Shown one piece after another: positions 28,689 through 32,000 of a stretch of 32,000 nucleotides of DNA (position 1 is its first letter; the number at the start of each line of letters is the position of its first letter). The position numbers and the translations under genes were made by a program. The notes below the pieces were generated by a model. That model had not been told where the DNA came from and ran no database searches. It saw nothing but the letters and a program-made list of their open reading frames with translations. The stretch comes from Methanopyrus kandleri AV19 (GTDB taxonomy: Archaea > JAADCQ01 > Methanopyri > Methanopyrales > Methanopyraceae), in NCBI RefSeq assembly GCF_000007185.1, contig NC_003551.1, forward strand, positions 1,140,001 to 1,172,000. The letters run 5' to 3'.

Positions 28689-31121
28689 GTGCTCCGAGCG
28701 ATCGCCGTCGTGATCTCGGCGCTGGTCCTCGCGGTACCAGCCCTCGCCGAGCCACAGGCTGACCTACGGGCGTTGGGAGAAAAGATCGGTAACGACGCCT
28801 TGACCACGCTCGGAGCCACGGCCGGGGACCCCAAGTTACTGGTGATCACGGACGCCAGGGCGGTCTGGGTCGACTCGGACGGTGACGGCACGCCCGACAC
28901 GCCGGCGGCGGCCGTGGCGGACGCCGTCGCGTCGGAGACCGGCTGTAAGATCGGGGAGAACCTCGTGTTCGTGCAGAGTAAGCCGGCCTCCGACCTGTTC
29001 GTGGCGGTGTTCTACGGTGACGAGAGTTCGGGTAAGCTCGTGTTCTACCGCGTGACGCACAGCCTGCTCGACAGGATCGCACGGGGCGAGGTGTCCGTCG
29101 ACTCGCTGACCTTCACGAGCGATCCAAGCGACGAGAACGGCATCTACAGGTACGTGCTCGGTGACCTGACCGCTGAGAACGTGTTTCGGGAGCTGCTGAG
29201 CGCGGCGGGGATCGACCCGAGCGGGTACATGACGGACGGTCGCATCGACCTACAGAAGCTGGATGAACACGGCTGGGACGGCTTCGATCCGGACAAGTAC
29301 ACGGACGAGGCACTTCAGAGCTTCAACGACAAGTACTTCGGTAAGATGTGCGGGTTCGGCTTCACCGTGCTGTCGATAGCCCTCTCCTGGGCGAACGGTC
29401 TGCCCAGGCGGTACCTGGCGAGCGTGGAGCGGCACGACCACCTGTGTCCGGGACTGATCAGCGGCATGTTGATCGTCGACAAGCTCCTCCGGGAGGGCAA
29501 GGCGGAAGCCGTCAGGTTTTACGTGGCCTGTCCGATCTGGTGCAAGGATGACGCGATCTACACGACCCTCGACCTGACGCAGGGTAAGCGGAACCACTTC
29601 GTGTTCCATCCGGACTCGCGGGAACGGGACCTCCTCAATCGGAAGCTCGGCGGTTCCCCGGCCGGAGTGTTCGTGCTCCAGGAGGGAGAGGACCTCAAAG
29701 CCCTCGTGGCGACGTTCAAGTGGGTCAACTGGGGCGCGGTGTTCGGGAAGCTCGCGCGGGCCGGCTGGGGCAGCGTCAAGGGCAGGGTCTTGAACTCGAT
29801 GATCCGGATAATCTGCGACGTGGTCTTCTGTCGCGATTGGAACGTGGATCGTGTCGGGCTCAAGGAGTACCCGATGACCTGCACCGAGGCCGCGGCGATC
29901 TGCGCGGGTCGCGACCCGTACATGGTGTTGGGACTGGTTGCGCCCTACACGGACGATCCGAAGGTGGCTGCCGTCGAGCAGGCCCTGCTGTACGCGAGGA
30001 AGGTCCTGGGGCTCTCGTACGGTGACGAGCGAGCCTATGTGATCACCAACGTCACGTACCTCAAGGACTTCGTCGACGGACGGGTGAGAAACGTCATCAC
30101 CCGAACGCTGGGCCTGGACGCGACGTTTTCCGGTAGCAACCGGAGTATACAGGTGACGACGCTCGAAGACAGGATCGTCGAGTTCCACACGGACGAGACC
30201 GCGGATCCCGTGATCGCGGTGGTCAACGCGGAGACGGGTGAGGGTGTTGCGGTCGTCCTGGATCTGGCGAAGTTGGAGGGTAAGAGGGCCGAGGACATCC
30301 TGACGATGGATCCAGAGGAGTTCGTGAAGGAGTACGCGAAGGCGTACACGGATAAGGTGAAGATGAACGCGTTCGAGATCTCGGACGAGGACAACGATAA
30401 GCTCTCGCGGCTGGGTCGGTACGCGTTCAACGTGGTCACGCTCGCAACGGCGGTGGTTAACGGGGTGCCGAAGGACCTACTGCGGTGCGCGGCGTGGCAC
30501 AACCATTTCTGCCCCGGGGTGACAAGTGGCTGGATGATCGCCAAGTACATCCAGGAGGAGATCCTCGCGAAGGAGCCGTTGAAGGACAACGAGCGACTGG
30601 TGTGGATCGGAGTACCCGTCTGGTGCAAGGAGGACGCCGTTCAGACGCTACTCGACCTGACGCCCGGTAAGCGCGGAGAGTTCGTGATGCAGCTACCGAG
30701 GGAAGTGCAGGAGGAGCTGAAGAGGGAGTACGGCATCGACGTCGCGGGTATACTGATCAGGTACCAGTATACCGGTAAGGGCAAGGACGAGCAGATCCTG
30801 GGCGGTAAGGCCTACGTCATCGGATTCGACTGGGACAAGGCCAACGAGATCCGACCGAACGTCCAGTACTTCGGACACGCGGCCTGGGCCGTGGAGCTGG
30901 CGAAGCGTGATCCGAGGGAGTTCGTTAGGGTCATCAAGGAGATTAGCCTCGGCGCGGAGGACGTGAAGAAGCTGACCGAGGACACGGCACGGGTGAACCC
31001 GTTAGAGGTCGTCGGTGTGATCCACAATCCCAAACCCAAGAGGAAGCCGCCGGTGTACTGGGTGACGGTCGCGCTGGCCCTGACGTTGCTAGTTTTCCGA
31101 CGCCCCCTCAAGCCCTCCTAA
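28689..31121 (+). CDS. Predicted surface-anchored protein with two FmdE-like domains
   Basis: Signal peptide MLRAIAVVISALVLAVPALA; DSDGDGTPD; repeated motifs RHDHLCPGLISGMLI...CPIWCKDDAIYTTLDLTQGKR and WHNHFCPGVTSGWMI...VPVWCKEDAVQTLLDLTPGKR; C-terminal TM PPVYWVTVALALTLLVFRRP. Confidence 0.85.
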   Translation: MLRAIAVVISALVLAVPALAEPQADLRALGEKIGNDALTTLGATAGDPKLLVITDARAVWVDSDGDGTPDTPAAAVADAVASETGCKIGENLVFVQSKPASDLFVAVFYGDESSGKLVFYRVTHSLLDRIARGEVSVDSLTFTSDPSDENGIYRYVLGDLTAENVFRELLSAAGIDPSGYMTDGRIDLQKLDEHGWDGFDPDKYTDEALQSFNDKYFGKMCGFGFTVLSIALSWANGLPRRYLASVERHDHLCPGLISGMLIVDKLLREGKAEAVRFYVACPIWCKDDAIYTTLDLTQGKRNHFVFHPDSRERDLLNRKLGGSPAGVFVLQEGEDLKALVATFKWVNWGAVFGKLARAGWGSVKGRVLNSMIRIICDVVFCRDWNVDRVGLKEYPMTCTEAAAICAGRDPYMVLGLVAPYTDDPKVAAVEQALLYARKVLGLSYGDERAYVITNVTYLKDFVDGRVRNVITRTLGLDATFSGSNRSIQVTTLEDRIVEFHTDETADPVIAVVNAETGEGVAVVLDLAKLEGKRAEDILTMDPEEFVKEYAKAYTDKVKMNAFEISDEDNDKLSRLGRYAFNVVTLATAVVNGVPKDLLRCAAWHNHFCPGVTSGWMIAKYIQEEILAKEPLKDNERLVWIGVPVWCKEDAVQTLLDLTPGKRGEFVMQLPREVQEELKREYGIDVAGILIRYQYTGKGKDEQILGGKAYVIGFDWDKANEIRPNVQYFGHAAWAVELAKRDPREFVRVIKEISLGAEDVKKLTEDTARVNPLEVVGVIHNPKPKRKPPVYWVTVALALTLLVFRRPLKPS

Positions 31122-31193
31122 CGTTCCTTCGACCCACAGCTCGTTCTTCGAGATTTCGACCTGAGATCACCCTAGGAGCGGGGGAGAAGGACC

Positions 31194-32000
31194 GTGCTGG
31201 CGGCCTTGATCCTGGTCGTAACGACCCTACCGACCCCCGCACATGCCGACATCGGGTACGTCGGCTACGACCCGGAAGACGCGGCTCACTGGTCAGGGGT
31301 CGGTCTCCTTCAGCACCCCTACGTAGCTTGGAGGTCGGGCGGATACAAGACCGCGACGCTCGCCGACGGCAAGCTCCTACTGGGTACCGACTCCGGACGG
31401 GACGACGCCCTCGTCGAAGTGGATCCAGCGACGGGTCATGTACTCAGGAGGTACTCCCTCGAGTTCGATCCCGGGGATTGTTCCTACTCCGTACCGTTGG
31501 TCGCCCACACGCGCGAGGGAACCTGGGTCATCAAGGCCTACCGAACCACTAAGGACGAGCGCAATGTCGGGGCGATCCTGGCGATCAACATCGGAGACGG
31601 GGCGACCAGGTACCTCGTCGACGCCGACCTAGGGCCTTACGAGGTCGAAGAAACGCGCGTCCCGACGGTGTTCCCGGTCGCCTGTCTCGACGTCGACGGG
31701 GACGGCGACGAGGAGGTGATCGTCGAGGCGCCCTCGGGGATGTTCTGCTACGACGTTACCCCGGAGCTCAAGCGCCTCTGGTGGTTCAAGTGCGAGCCGG
31801 TCCACCTGCCGGACGGAGTATCGCTGCCCGCGATCCTCGATCTGGACGGGAGCCGGCTGCTCGTGGTCCTGGACGTGCGTGACGGTGTCCCGGTTCTGCA
31901 CGCGGTCGACGTCGGGACCGGCGAGGAGCGGTGGTCCATCGACCTGACCCAGCATGGGGTCCCGAGGGTGAAGGGGTACCGGTCGGTCTGGAAGGTCATG
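31194..32000 (+). CDS. Secreted beta-propeller-like protein (PQQ/FG-GAP type), truncated by the window end
   Basis: GTG start and signal-like VLAALILVVTTLPTPAHA; LLGTDSGRDDALVEVDPATGHVLRRY, VACLDVDGDGDEEVIVEAPSGMFCYDV, LHAVDVGTGEERWSIDL. Open to base 32000 in one frame. Confidence 0.7.
   Translation, partial: MLAALILVVTTLPTPAHADIGYVGYDPEDAAHWSGVGLLQHPYVAWRSGGYKTATLADGKLLLGTDSGRDDALVEVDPATGHVLRRYSLEFDPGDCSYSVPLVAHTREGTWVIKAYRTTKDERNVGAILAINIGDGATRYLVDADLGPYEVEETRVPTVFPVACLDVDGDGDEEVIVEAPSGMFCYDVTPELKRLWWFKCEPVHLPDGVSLPAILDLDGSRLLVVLDVRDGVPVLHAVDVGTGEERWSIDLTQHGVPRVKGYRSVWKVM

Noticed and set aside
29250-30188. 312-aa minus-strand ORF
   Set aside because: Entirely antisense to the FmdE-like gene; His/Arg/Asp-rich shadow translation without recognisable domains.
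1-32000. CRISPR array
   Set aside because: No regularly spaced repeats seen; only isolated short repeats.
1-32000. tRNA/rRNA genes
   Set aside because: No convincing TpsiC-arm plus acceptor-stem combinations or rRNA-conserved segments were spotted by eye; tRNAscan-SE would be decisive.

Overview
High-GC archaeal-looking window. Methanogen ancestry, possibly a Methanopyrus-like hyperthermophile, is an inference from composition, GTG/TTG starts and FmdE/FIST families; I could not check taxonomy. No rRNA, tRNA, CRISPR array or transposase was recognised. The first ~11 kb looks like a lineage-specific membrane/secreted-protein island. It contains (i) two full-length paralogous membrane genes in opposite orientation (38..1204 +, 4383..5648 -) that share a 302-bp block I aligned base by base as identical, plus an AT-rich, frame-broken third relative (about 7786..8680); (ii) two dispersed copies of a ~690-bp gene-plus-promoter unit (3526..4207, 9703..10390); (iii) a tandem pair of multi-TM paralogs (5781..6677, 6750..7688). 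The rest holds a membrane-anchored SNase-like nuclease, a FIST-domain protein, two possible V4R-like cysteine proteins, a wHTH plus EVE/PUA-like protein, a DUF457/YdjM-like protein, two tiny metal-ligand-rich membrane proteins, several secreted proteins with C-terminal TM anchors, and at the right end a predicted surface protein with two FmdE-like domains followed by a secreted beta-propeller-like protein. Many genes appear interrupted by single-base shifts, often in short G/C runs. These may be real or sequence errors and need read-level checking.
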